Shown here: positions 45,281 to 56,440 of the stretch, one piece after another
Layout of the letters: the number at the start of each line of letters is the position of its first letter
Numbering within the stretch: the first letter of the stretch is position 1
Assembly (NCBI GenBank): GCA_965637545.1
Contig: OZ281501.1
Location: forward strand, 8,990,001 to 9,054,000
Direction of reading: 5' to 3'
DNA: 64,000 nt
Source of the DNA: Phallusia mammillata
Taxonomy: Eukaryota
Program-made: the position numbers and the translations under genes
The notes under the pieces: generated by a model
Told to the model about the DNA's origin: nothing
Database searches by the model: none
Seen by the model: the letters and a program-made list of their open reading frames with translations, nothing else

Positions 45281-45709
45281 ACAACTATAGCGCGGTAATA
45301 ACCAACTAAAACTGTTTCAAATTCTTCATTGTAGTGAATAAAAAGTCTATATTCCTAAAACAGATTTCCATAAATTGCGAGAGGATTAGAGATTTTTTTC
45401 ACGACGTTTTGCGTAAATTATCAGTTTTTAACTTATTAAATTGTGTGCATTCAGTTGTGAAATAACTGACAAATATATTTTCTACATGTTGTTTTGCAGC
45501 ATTCTTTATTTTGTCAAGAATTGCTTTTTTTCTGATAAGAAGATGTAAATTTTTATGTTTAGCATAATCTTGTGCTGATTAAAATTGTTGTTGTTTTTGC
45601 AATTAAAATGCATCAACTAAAAAGTCCCAATGTAAAATTATTGTATAAATTACCTATCTGTTTAAATTACTATTTTTAGAAAAACATCTGTTTAAAAATT
45701 GCTGTGTTT

Positions 45710-48450
45710 CTTGTAAAAGTTTGACATTGGTTGGAAAAGTGAGCATCTGTCAGTTTACAGCAACGCAATTCAGCACTTTCATATAGACTTGGGACAGAAC
45801 GAAAATGTTCCCAATGAATAAAATCATTGCCATACTTCAACAATCGAGTCCCACTTGATTGGCCTACTTGATCTAACGTTGTTACAGGCTGTTTTTAAAG
45901 GATGAGGGGGATCACTAATTAAAAAAATTGGCACAGGATTAAAAACGTTAATACACTTGTAAGGTACATCCAGATGAAGGTTGTTCAGAAGCGTGAACAA
46001 TTTCCTATTGCATGGTGCACCATCACACACTAGAGCAGTGGTTCTCAACCAGTGGGCCATGGAAGCATTTTGATTGGGCCACAGACCAACCAAATAGAAA
46101 GTTTTTTTTAAGAATTTACTTTCATTTGTGTCACTACACTTAATTTTACAAGAATAATGGCTTGGGGAGGAATTGAGAAGGAATGTTTTTGTTTTGTTTT
46201 TTGTTCTGAACCTATTTTATAGTTGATTTCTTTCTATCTCAAAAATTTACTAGGCCACAGAATTTTTTTGCAATCAAAGTGGGCCACGAAAGAAAAAAGG
46301 TTGAGAACCACTGCACTAGAGCAACAACATTTAAATTACAAGAATGTAATGACTCCACAATTTCCCAAAACATACTTGCCAAGTCGGCAGCATTGGTTTT
46401 GCTAGTGCTAAAAATGCAATGGGTCGTGAAAAACTAGACATAATGGAACATGCATAAAATTGCAAAGCGTGACTGGCTGCCTCTTCAGACAAACTCCTGG
46501 TTTTTCCCAGATCAACAAATCCAACCATCCGGTCACTAGATGCATTGTAAACTATCTTTTCTATCACTGCAAAAACATTAGCACGATTTTTTCCAGTATG
46601 ACCATGAGAAACCCTTAATTATCAGTGCTTACGCCATTTCGAACGATTTTCAGAGAAAATGACAGCCGGGTGTGAGAAATATATACAAACATACAATGAA
46701 GGCAACACAGGCTGGTCGTAGTAGGAATTTAAACACAACACAATGACCGGACCAGCGCCAATGGCACTACAACATGACCTTATTGCACTAATTTATAATG
46801 GAAGATATAAATTCGATGCATTGCCACATCGTTTTATCCCCACATTATGACAAACAATTAGTATCTGTTAAATAGTCTGTAAAAGTCAAACCATTACAAA
46901 CCTTTCATTTCATCTACCGAAATTACCAACATTCACTCGTGTTCAGCCATTTGAGAACTTTTCTGTTTGAGTTCTTTCAGCACATGGTCCTGAATCCCTG
47001 GCGCAGTTTGATAAATGTTTCTGTGCAGTAGTAATCAATGCATCAAAACTGTTAAAAAATGACATGAATGCCAAGCCTCCTACCTATAATCACTTAGAGT
47101 TCTTGAAGAAGGCAAATGGAGTAAGCCACTGTCCCTTAGTTCTTCTTATGCACTCCTACTTTTTGCTGCAATACTTAGACAAAACCTACACAAATGCTCA
47201 ACATTACATTCTTCTTTGAAAGGCAAAATTAATTTACAGCAGAAGTAGTTTGTGTCATTACTTTTTATTTAATTAATAGAAAACAGCTTACTTAATTATT
47301 TCTGGATGGTATCGTAAACCATTTGGTTTGCAGCCCTGTTGATTTAATTGTTCCTTCCAAAAAATCCTATGAAACTCATCCACTTCACCATTTTTGCATG
47401 CTAAATGTGTAAGAACAACATATTTACCATTAAAATGTACAATACTGCATCAGATGCACCAAAAATAAACATGCTAAACAAAACAGGATAGATACATTTT
47501 AAAAGCACTATCTACATACTATTACCAGAATTCATTAGATTTTTGAAGTCATTGGACATATCTAAATCAACTGGAACCTGCACATCTGTGTTTTTTAACA
47601 TAATTTGAACCTCCTCTTCCAGCTCCGCAATTCTAAAAAATGCCATATAGTATGTCATGTATTCTGTTACTGCAACTTTTGATATTATTTTCGGTTGTTT
47701 ATAACGCACCATTAACATGCTGACTCAAACATCACAAGAACAGAAAGTAATGAAACTGGCTGTGTATCAACCTAAACTAGTCACCAGCATAAAGTAATTC
47801 CTGCTACTGCCTTTTTTAAATGGGAACCATTTGTTCTTGGCATCGATTGTGCATTGTATTCTTGGCTTTAGTGTACGCCCATACTGAACAGTGCCAACTG
47901 GATTATCCTTAACCTGTGATTTGTAATTTTGTCTTTTTGCTAGCTTGCGCTTATAAGACTGATCAAGTGCCTTGCAGTTGGAACATTTTCCTTCAGATAA
48001 CAAAAAAACTGAACATAATTGAGACCTAAACAACAAGTTAAAAGATAAACTAATCAATTACTACAAAAGTTTTTAAATCATTTCAGAAGAAAACAGGTTT
48101 AAGTTAACAATACCATGTAACTTACCTTTTAGCAATCACTTTCACATCTGGGATAAGGTTTTTGGTTTCAAAGTTTGCTGGTCTTGTAACATATTGTGAA
48201 ACACCATCTTCATTGCTAAAATCTACTCCAGAGCAAATTGATGAGTTTTCAATTCTATTCGTCAGTTGGTGTATTTTAGCATGTTTGAGATTAAACTGAT
48301 TGATATGATTGTGTGTAGGGGGGCCCCTCCATAGAAACATACATTGACAACAAAATCTTTGTTGACATTGATTAAAAACTTTGGTTGGTCATATTCATGT
48401 CGAAAAACAAATTTGATGTTGCTTTCATCCAAACACTTTTTCCCAGGCAT
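45710..48450 (-). pseudogene. Decayed intron-containing P-element/THAP9-like transposase
   Basis: Minus-strand segments: FCLSIAAKSRSA*EELRDSGLLHLPSSRTLSDY (premature TAA at 47146-47148); KIVYNASSDRMVGFVDLG..ALQFY..SFSRPIAF; LVCDGAPCNRKLF..IFLISDPPHPLKTACNN..IKWDSI; LRCCKLTDAHF. These are P-transposase core motifs separated by GT-AG-like introns and a MITE. Confidence 0.8.
46036..46313. mobile_element. hAT (Buster-like) MITE inserted in the P-like transposase
   Basis: TIR CAGTGGTTCTCAACC ... GGTTGAGAACCACTG; perfect TSD CACTAGAG (46028-46035 and 46314-46321). Confidence 0.92.
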
Positions 48451-49097
48451 TATTTGCCGCCAGTAATTGCCGATTTCTATTGATTCCCGCTTTTCTTAGT
48501 ACAACTTGTGTTGTAACCTAGTGCGTTGTGTGACGTAACAATGGGCTGCCAGTTTTGTGTGATAACGCAACGTGGTTTAGTTCTTTTCGTTGCTGACTTC
48601 CGTGGAGCACGGTGCAGCGTCGGTTGTTGTAGAAAGGCTGTTTATTGTCGTGTTGACGATTATTGGTGAGTCACTTTGTATATATGTGTTTAATGACTCA
48701 ATATTGTGAATTACCATAATGAATGCTAACCGCTGTGAACTTGACCAAAACTGCAATGACCTAAAATGTCATTTCCCTTTTTTAATAGTCGTACTGTACG
48801 TGTAGTTGGGTTCATTCAAGTTGCTAAAGTTGTAATTGTTTACGCAGCGTTCTTGTACGATACTCACGTGAAGCGTGACTTTCTACACTGTTGCTCTACA
48901 TAGCTTGGTAAGCATTGTGTATGACGTCATAATGGCATATTGTGGTCTCATGTTTTATTGTGTATTTAGGTGTGTGACAGTGATTTCTGGGATCGCCCAT
49001 GTTATTTGTTTTCTTCCGGTTCCCATAACAGTCGGTGAGCTTAAAGTTACATTCCTACATTTAAAGCGCAGTGCTAATGCCATGTATTTGTAGAAAC

Positions 49098-49525
49098 TAG
49101 TGATGCACCGAAGTTTCGGTTGGCCGAAACATTTCGGCCGAATTCGCCGTTTTTCAATGTTTCGGTTTCGGCCCGAACTTTTTTGAAAATTCGGCCGAAA
49201 CCGAACTTTTTTATTGCATTGAATTAAGGCCTTAAATTTCATCTACGCCCATACGAAACATCATAAATTAACTACTTGTTGTATCTATGAATTACCAGCC
49301 ACGTTGTCTGCAAAATATTAGTTGTTTAGCAAAGCTTACGCATTGCGAAATGATTCTAGTTTGTCAAAAATGAAGTCATTCGCATCAACAACAGAAGGTT
49401 CAGTTGAAAACATCCCAAGAAACAGGGATTTTAGGTTCGGCCTGATTCGGCCGAAATTATTCGGCCTCATGGCCGAATATTCGGTTTCGGCCCGAACCTT
49501 TTTAGGCGGGTTCGGTGCATCACTA
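49098..49525. mobile_element. hAT MITE with subterminal TTCGGCCGAA repeats
   Basis: TIR TAGTGATGCACCGAA ... TTCGGTGCATCACTA; perfect TSD GTAGAAAC (49090-49097 and 49526-49533). Confidence 0.92.
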
Positions 49526-50269
49526 GTAGAAACCGTTTCCTATTCGTTTCCGATCGTTTAAATCGCCTCCCACCGTCCTCTTCATTCTTCATTGAAAGTG
49601 TTTGAATATAAGATCTACAAAACACCCTATCTGTGTGGACTGCGTGTTGGAGACCTTAAGGAATCGCGTTTCAATCCCCCCTCGTGTGACGTTCCGCGCT
49701 GTAACCGGGGCGCGTTCACGGGACGTTACAGGTTGGTAAACGTTGACGGTCTTTTGGAGATGAACAGACAGCTTGTAATGGCAACTTTTTGGGAAGATTA
49801 CGGGTTGGGAGTGCACCTGGTCTTAATTCTTTACGACTTCTGCATTAATAATAAAAATGTTCAAATAAATGAGAAACCTTGAAATCTTTGGCAAAATTAC
49901 CATAGCATTAGTAAATTTACTTTGTGAAAAATTGCAGTCAGCATTACATAGACATTTTGTAAAGTAATATTTGTCATTCACAATGTTAGTAATTTGCCTT
50001 TCCTGTGTTTTTTGTTCTACAGAAAATCTAAGCAATTACCATTACAACTCAACTTACTCATGATAATATCTGCAGGCGTAAAATGTAATTCACAAATTTT
50101 CACCAAATCTCTTTTGTACAGTCCTTTGATATGATTGTCCATGCGACAACCTAGAATAATTTTTCCATTTGTTCTGCCCAGTTTTGATCATTTTTGCTGC
50201 ACAACGATTTTGATTTTACACGAAAAAGGCTGACATCGGGTGCCCTTTTGTCGCAAAATGGTATGCAGC

Positions 50270-52804
50270 ACGGTCACGTCTAAAACTACGGGCCCACTTG
50301 GATCACTTGGCCCAGAACTAGGCCCGCCTCTTGCAATTAAAAAACTGCGGGCCCGCTTGGCACGCTTCTTGCAAGTATTAAAACTGCGGGCCAGTGGCGG
50401 CTCGTGCCTAAAATTTGTGGGGGTGCTGCCCCCACAAATTTTAGCCTTTACTGAACATATATAAGTTGGCAATGTATTGAAAAGCTACATTTCTAGTTTT
50501 CTAGCCATTTGTTTTGTGTAGAAAAACAAGTAATACAAATCTTAACTAGCAACTCCATTGTGACGTAATTTTTGTTACGCAATAATGTACACGAGTGTAA
50601 ACAGCAGACGGCATCATTTGTGTATTTTGTTTAGTTGCACAGCGACGGGCCAAACACAATAACGTTCAGTAATAATGTGAAAAACAAAAACACACGTGGC
50701 ACAGCTTCGAAACGAAGCGGTTGTAAATACGGTAAAACACAACAGGAATATAGAAAAAATAGATATAAATGAGTCGAAAAAGGTCGAAGTATTTCAGTTC
50801 GACAACAAAAATTGTCATGTTTCATTTAAGTAAATTTAGTCACAGTCAGCGTTTTCAACATATTCTATGACACTTCACAGATTATTGTCACACAAAAAAA
50901 CTAGCCATACAGCTTTTTATTGGTATCATAACTAACAAATTTAACAACCACATTACATTGGTTTCAGAACTTGTTCATTTAAACATCTTTCTTGAATTTT
51001 TGTGTACAGACTATTAATTGTATTTTAGTTTCTTAACTGCTATAATTGCTGCTTGCTGGCAAATAGCGTATAAAACACTTATTATAAAAAGTGCAAAACG
51101 CCTTCAAGCTTTAAAATTTACAACACTCTCACTTAAATTTAAACCATATTTTTAAATCTTGTGCTTCCTTTTTCCAACCAAAATGAATTATGAAGTTATA
51201 TTTTGGGCATGATAATTGATAGCTTTTTCCTTGATTTCCAAATGACAATTAAGAAACTTTTTTCTATTTAGAGCTAGCACTGCAAGTGCAAGTCTTTTGG
51301 AAATATTGGTGTTCCTCAGAAAAATTGGCATCTTTTTCAGTGTTATAAAGAACTGTTTTGCCTTTGAAGAAATCATGGAAAGAGCAAAAAAGGATTTTTC
51401 ATCCTAGTAATTTAATTTGTCAAAACATCATCTCTAGATTAATTCAAAGTAATCATGAACATCAGATCTACAGAAACATTTTCATTTGAGTAACTAGCTT
51501 TTCTTTGTCAACAATAGGATGTGCTTGGTGTCACTACTATCTTGTCTGTAGAATGTTCATTCTTAAGAAACACTTCCTGTGAAGCAATTTAGCAGCTACT
51601 GGTTAGACAAACAGTACATGTCCATTATATCAATACACATGATTGCACTTGATTGCAAATACTGTCCACATGGTGTGTTAAGAAATCCACACTTTAAATT
51701 GTCTTCACTCTTTTTTTTGTCTTCATTTCAAAATTCCTGTTGCTTGCAGTTGTTTGTTCTGCATTTGATATTGCCTGAATTTCAGTGAGGCATTTAACTT
51801 CACAGTCACAAATTTAATTTTTCTTTGGTAGCATTATAGGAACTAAAACTGAGTATTTCTTGTTGTTGCTTATTCCTGCATGACATTGGAGTAGCAGATG
51901 TTTTGTCCCATACTTTCACAAATCTTTTTAATTCAATTATTTATTATAAAGCTTAATTGTGACTTTTAAAGGTGTTAGATGACCTTTTTTTCTGTTTCAA
52001 GGTGTTAGATACACTTTTTTAATTCAATGATAACTGTAAAAACTGAAACTCACTTACAGTCATCTTAAAAAGTCACGACTAACAGTCAAACAATAAATTT
52101 AATGATAGCAAAATAATTATTTAACTGCACTCACTGTCGAACTTAAAAACACAGTACACGGGTTTGGCTTTGGAGCTCACTGACGCGAAGCAGACCACAC
52201 AACTAGCGCTACGTCACGGGAGGGGCTGCGCGAGCCACAGCCCCCTCTCGCCTATTACGCCCGGCATGTAGCTTTTCCAAGTGCGCATGCGCACAACTGA
52301 AAACGTCATGAAACGTCACGAAACTGGAGCTGCAGCTCCGCCATAGATAACTTATCATTATTTTGATTTTTTTTTAAATAATACAAAATTTTTACTAATT
52401 TTGTTTTAATAAATGCCGATTAATGCCATAAAAGTTATTCTTAGTATACACTGAACAAACATAAAAACTATATGTAAAGATTGTTTTGTTTAACAACTTG
52501 GAATAGGAATGTCAAGTAAAAATACTGGGGGTGCTGCAGCTCCGCAGCCCCCTCGCACGAGCCGCCCCTGCTGCGGGCCCACTATATCCACTAGTGCTTG
52601 GCCCGCCTCTCGCAGGGAAAAACTGCGGGCCCATTATATCTAATGCTTGTCGCGTCTCTCGCGAGGAAAAACTGCGGGCCCACTATATCCGGTGCTTGTC
52701 CCGTCTCTCGCAAGTATAAAAACTGTGGGCCTGCACTTTTTCCTATTGCATGAGGCGGGCCAAGTGCTGCGCCAAGTGGGCCCGTAGTTTTAGACGTGAC
52801 CCTA
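50270..52804. mobile_element. Outer non-autonomous DNA element (hAT-like) with AAAACTGCGGGCCC internal repeats
   Basis: About 30-bp TIR GGTCACGTCTAAAACTACGGGCCCACTTGG, with its reverse complement at 52772-52802. TATGCAGC/TGCAGC[A/G]C occurs on both flanks; the exact termini are ambiguous by a few bases. Confidence 0.8.
50392..52570 (-). mobile_element. Inner hAT element with a decayed transposase remnant, nested in the outer element
   Basis: TIR CAGTGGCGGCTCGTGC ... GCACGAGCCGCCCCTG; perfect TSD CTGCGGGC (50384-50391 and 52571-52578). Minus-strand ISSKAKQFFITLKKMPIFLRNTNISKRLALAVLAL (about 51270-51376) resembles the hAT C-terminal dimerization motif. Confidence 0.82.
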
Positions 52805-53291
52805 TGCAGCGCATTCTTGCCATTTTTCTTAATTCTTATAGGTCACTCAATAACAGGATAATCAGATAAAAAGAACTCTTCACGACTAATTTAACAACAA
52901 TTAATACATCATTAATTTGAGGCTAATAGCCTACATTACATTAAACAAGCATATGTATTTATACTGTATAATACATTTCGTTTTGCAAAACCCAAGTTTC
53001 GTCTTTAAAACCTGTGCGCAACTATGAATAAGGCGCTATTTTACGTGAATTGAGTACGTGACAAGAATTATGTCACACATACAAACAGAACCAGGCAAGC
53101 TAAAACATGCGCACAGCTCCAAATTCCTATTTTCCACCTGTATAGCTGACGGAGTGAATACAAGCAGACGACCTTTCTTGTCATGCATCGAAGCGTAACC
53201 GTGTCCGAAACCATTTCTACAGGAGAATGACGTAACAATGGATTTTTTGCTGCAGTTTCTCATCATTACTTTTAAAATCATTGGTTTAAAC

Positions 53292-53778
53292 CAGGGGCGT
53301 GCAACTGTTTATCGCAGTGGGCCACAACTTACAGTTAAAATGATGCTGGGGGCCAGACAATAAAGCAACACATATCTTTTTAAACAGCTTATTTAATAGC
53401 AGAGCGCACACAATCAAGTTACTCTTTGAGTACTCTTTGATCAATGGAATATCTGCTAACCTTTTCGTAGAATAAATGCCAATATATTTACTGCACCTAT
53501 AAATCATGTTACTAAATCATTGCTAGAAAGGCAGTTCTGTCATAATGCACATAATGATGCAACAATGGGAGTATGTTGTCACAGTGGATAAAACCTCATC
53601 ACGGTGTGACGTTTTATAAAGTCAAAAATACCAGTGATGGTGTACAAATAGCAACATTCCATGCTCTAACAGTAAAAAGTATTCATATTTAATAGAGTAC
53701 TTTGTAGTCTGCGTGGGCCACGAAAATAGGTGCCGCGGGCCGGACACTGGCCCGCGGGCCGTATGTTGCACGCCCCTG
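53292..53778. mobile_element. hAT (Buster-like) MITE
   Basis: TIR CAGGGGCGTGCAAC ... GTTGCACGCCCCTG; perfect TSD GTTTAAAC (53284-53291 and 53779-53786). Confidence 0.92.
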
Positions 53779-54365
53779 GTTTAAACAGAAAGGGCGAAAC
53801 TCGGGTCCACAGACTCCACATACTGCCACACTAGCGTCGTAAGTTTGTTTTTTTACACCAACGATTTTGTGCAATGGACTTTGATTCGAAATATTATCCA
53901 GAAAATGTATATTTCGGGCAAAAATAAAATTTTAAAATATGTTCGGGTTTAGGTAAGTTTAAAGTATAGGACCTATACTTACATCCTTTAGCCAAGGGCG
54001 CTTCCCCGCCCATATACGAGTATTTGTCAGTCAACTGCGTTTTTGTTGTGATGGGTAATAATATAAATGATCTCGCTGTGTTCGCCGGCTTTATAACCCT
54101 TGCATACACGAATCGTTGCCTTATACATTATCACATAACACATATGGAAGCTTTGCAGTCAGAACAATACATTGTTTACTCAACAGGAAATATTATAGCG
54201 TTTCAGCTGTGACGACGCCTGCATACTAAAGGAGTATCGAACCTTTGTGGATCCGAAGCTTTCGAACTAATCCGCATATAGCTGTGCTTGCTCCAGTACT
54301 GCTTGTGCCGTATAATTTGTTTGGTTAATGGTTTCTTTGATTTTAGTTCTGTAGAAGCATTGGTC

Positions 54366-54984
54366 ATGGCAGGATGGCGTTACGATCTATTTGGTTGCTT
54401 TGACAATATTTCTTTGTGTATTATTACCTACATAGCACCTTGCGTAACTGCAGGTAAGCTTTGCTGTGGTTTAAAACAAATGATGGTTGCATACTTTACA
54501 AAATTGCATAATTTGTAAAATATTGGTAATGAACAAAATACGGGGTAAACACATGTTGAAGGTTTACTCCACTTATTTAGGCCGGAATGCTGAATTGGCT
54601 GAGAGAGGAGATTGTATAGTTTGTGGATTGGTATCTATGTTAGGACCAGTTGGGCTTTATTGCATGGCAAAAACTAGAGAAGCTGTCCGGGAAAAGAAGG
54701 GAATTGAGGTAAAGTTTATTTAAAAACCTTACTAAAACACTATTAGAATATAGTGTGTAAACTGTTAGCTTACGTTTAAATTAACTTGTTCTACTTTTTT
54801 TCATTTTTAGGGTTCGTTAACGAAAGATTGTTTGCTGAGTTGGTGCTGTGCATTTTGCTCGCTCATACAAGTTGCGCGGGTATGATACATATATAAATAT
54901 ATCAAATACACCTTTCTTACAATTCTTGCCTCATTTTAGGAATTGGAAGATGGTGCCATGGGTCAATCTATTTCAAGAACGTAG
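54366..54984 (+). CDS. PLAC8/cornifelin-family protein, paralog 2 (4 exons, 109 aa)
   Basis: Exons 54366-54453, 54581-54708, 54811-54879 and 54940-54984 sum to 330 nt: MAGWRYDLFGCFDNISLCIITYIAPCVTAGRNAE..AKTREAVREKKGIEGSLTKDCLLSWCCAFCSLIQVARELEDG..*. Intron positions and phases match paralog 1. Confidence 0.93.
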
Positions 54985-55239
54985 ACTATAAGATTTGTGA
55001 AGTTTTATCTCGTACCTTTTCCACATGAGTAAATGTTTAATAAATATAACCCGGATTACACACAAACACATGTTTATTAACGTAGTGTATATATAATTAT
55101 ATTGTTAGTTCAATGAACCGTGGAATTGTTCAAGACATTTACAAAACTGCTTAACGGTTCACAAGTTTATACGAACTGGACTATAATAACGAAGACAAGA
55201 TGTAATTTAAAATTCTCTCACAACTTTACCTTTTTTATT

Positions 55240-55600
55240 GTATCACTTGGTGCACATTTATATCGCTTGGTTCAACCTTTTATCACTTGGTGCACATTTA
55301 TATCGCTTGGTTCAACCTTTTATTGCTTGATGAACGTTTATATCGCTTGGTGCACATTTATATCACTTGGTTCACCCTTATATCGCTTGGTGCACCTTTA
55401 TGCCACTTGGCGTACCTTTTATAGGTAAAGGTGCGCGTATAGCATTGTACAGGTGCACCAAGCAAAACAAAGTTGCACCGAGCGACATAAATTTGCACCG
55501 GCCAAAATAAGGAAAGCACCAAGTGGAATATATGTGCACCAAACGATATAAAGGTGCACCAAGTGATAAAAAGGTGCACCAAGCGATCCAAGCGATCCTG
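55240..55600. repeat. Foldback-like array of about 20-bp units (TATCGCTTGGTGCACATTTA), direct on the left and inverted on the right
   Basis: About nine units in 55240-55420, then reverse-complement units (AAAGGTGCACCAAG[T/C]GATA) in 55425-55590. Confidence 0.8.
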
Positions 55601-55715
55601 TGTATTTTTGGTGCACTGGGAATTTTAAGCAAAAAAAATTCATTGTGTACCCTATGCCTATAGAACGGCAAAGTTAATTATTTTTGAGACTGCTAGCAAT
55701 TGCTTGGGAAAAACC

Positions 55716-56018
55716 ACTGATCTCTATAAACACTGGATCGCGCTTCTGGCCGTCACGGTTGAAGCAAATTGAAGCGTAATGGCGGCGTAATTATTACACA
55801 CTGGAATACATGCGTCCTATTAATCTACAAATCATATCTGCAAATATCGCTATGCAAATGTCTAAAACAAAAATTATCGACATTTTTCCACTCTCTCCCC
55901 ATTGCCCGCAATGCATTTTTGGGGCTTCCTTTTGCAGCCACCATTACGCTTCAATTTGCTTCAAAAATCACCCAACCGTTCAACGGAGTAGCGCAATCCA
56001 GTGTTTATCGAGATCAGT
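55716..56018. mobile_element. Mutator-like MITE
   Basis: About 29-bp TIR ACTGATCTC[T/G]ATAAACACTGGAT[C/T]GCGCT; perfect 10-bp direct flank GGGAAAAACC (55706-55715 and 56019-56028). Confidence 0.8.
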
Positions 56019-56116
56019 GGGAAAAACCGAAAGAATCAAGTACATTTAGGCCTAACATTCAACCAAAGCCAGTTTATGACCTCACAAATCCAATGACATT
56101 TACTAAGATAATAAGC

Positions 56117-56440
56117 CAGTGGTTCCCAACTGGTGGTCCATGGACCACTATGGGTCCATGATGACTTTTTGGGTGGCCCACAAGACGTCCTCTAAATTTG
56201 GTGATGAACTAGAGATGGTTACATATTACATGTTGAAAGAGCATCAGAATGCTAGCTGTTAATAATTGTATCTAACTTCTTGAAAATTAGTTTTAAAGAA
56301 TTATGTTTCAACTTGAAACTTTCAAGCCTAAATGGTTGTTTCGTATGCGTATACTTTATTCTTGCTCCTACAAGAAATGGTCCATGATATTTTTTTTCTG
56401 GGCCGGTGGTCCATTGCCCGAAACGAGTTGAGAACCACTA
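56117..56440. mobile_element. Degenerate hAT MITE
   Basis: Ends CAGTGGTTCCCAAC ... GTTGAGAACCACTA, the same terminus type as the 46036 copy. No TSD match. Confidence 0.55.

Noticed and set aside
48560-49880. Exon-like pieces with donors (48666, 49034) and the 96-aa ORF 49592-49882
   Set aside because: No recognisable domain and no consistent frame could be assembled; they may be UTR exons or transposon fragments and would need RNA-seq.
53036-53281. 81-aa minus-strand ORF (..GFGHGYASMHDKKGRLLVFTPSAIQVENR..)
   Set aside because: Short, with no family recognised and no supporting neighbouring exons.
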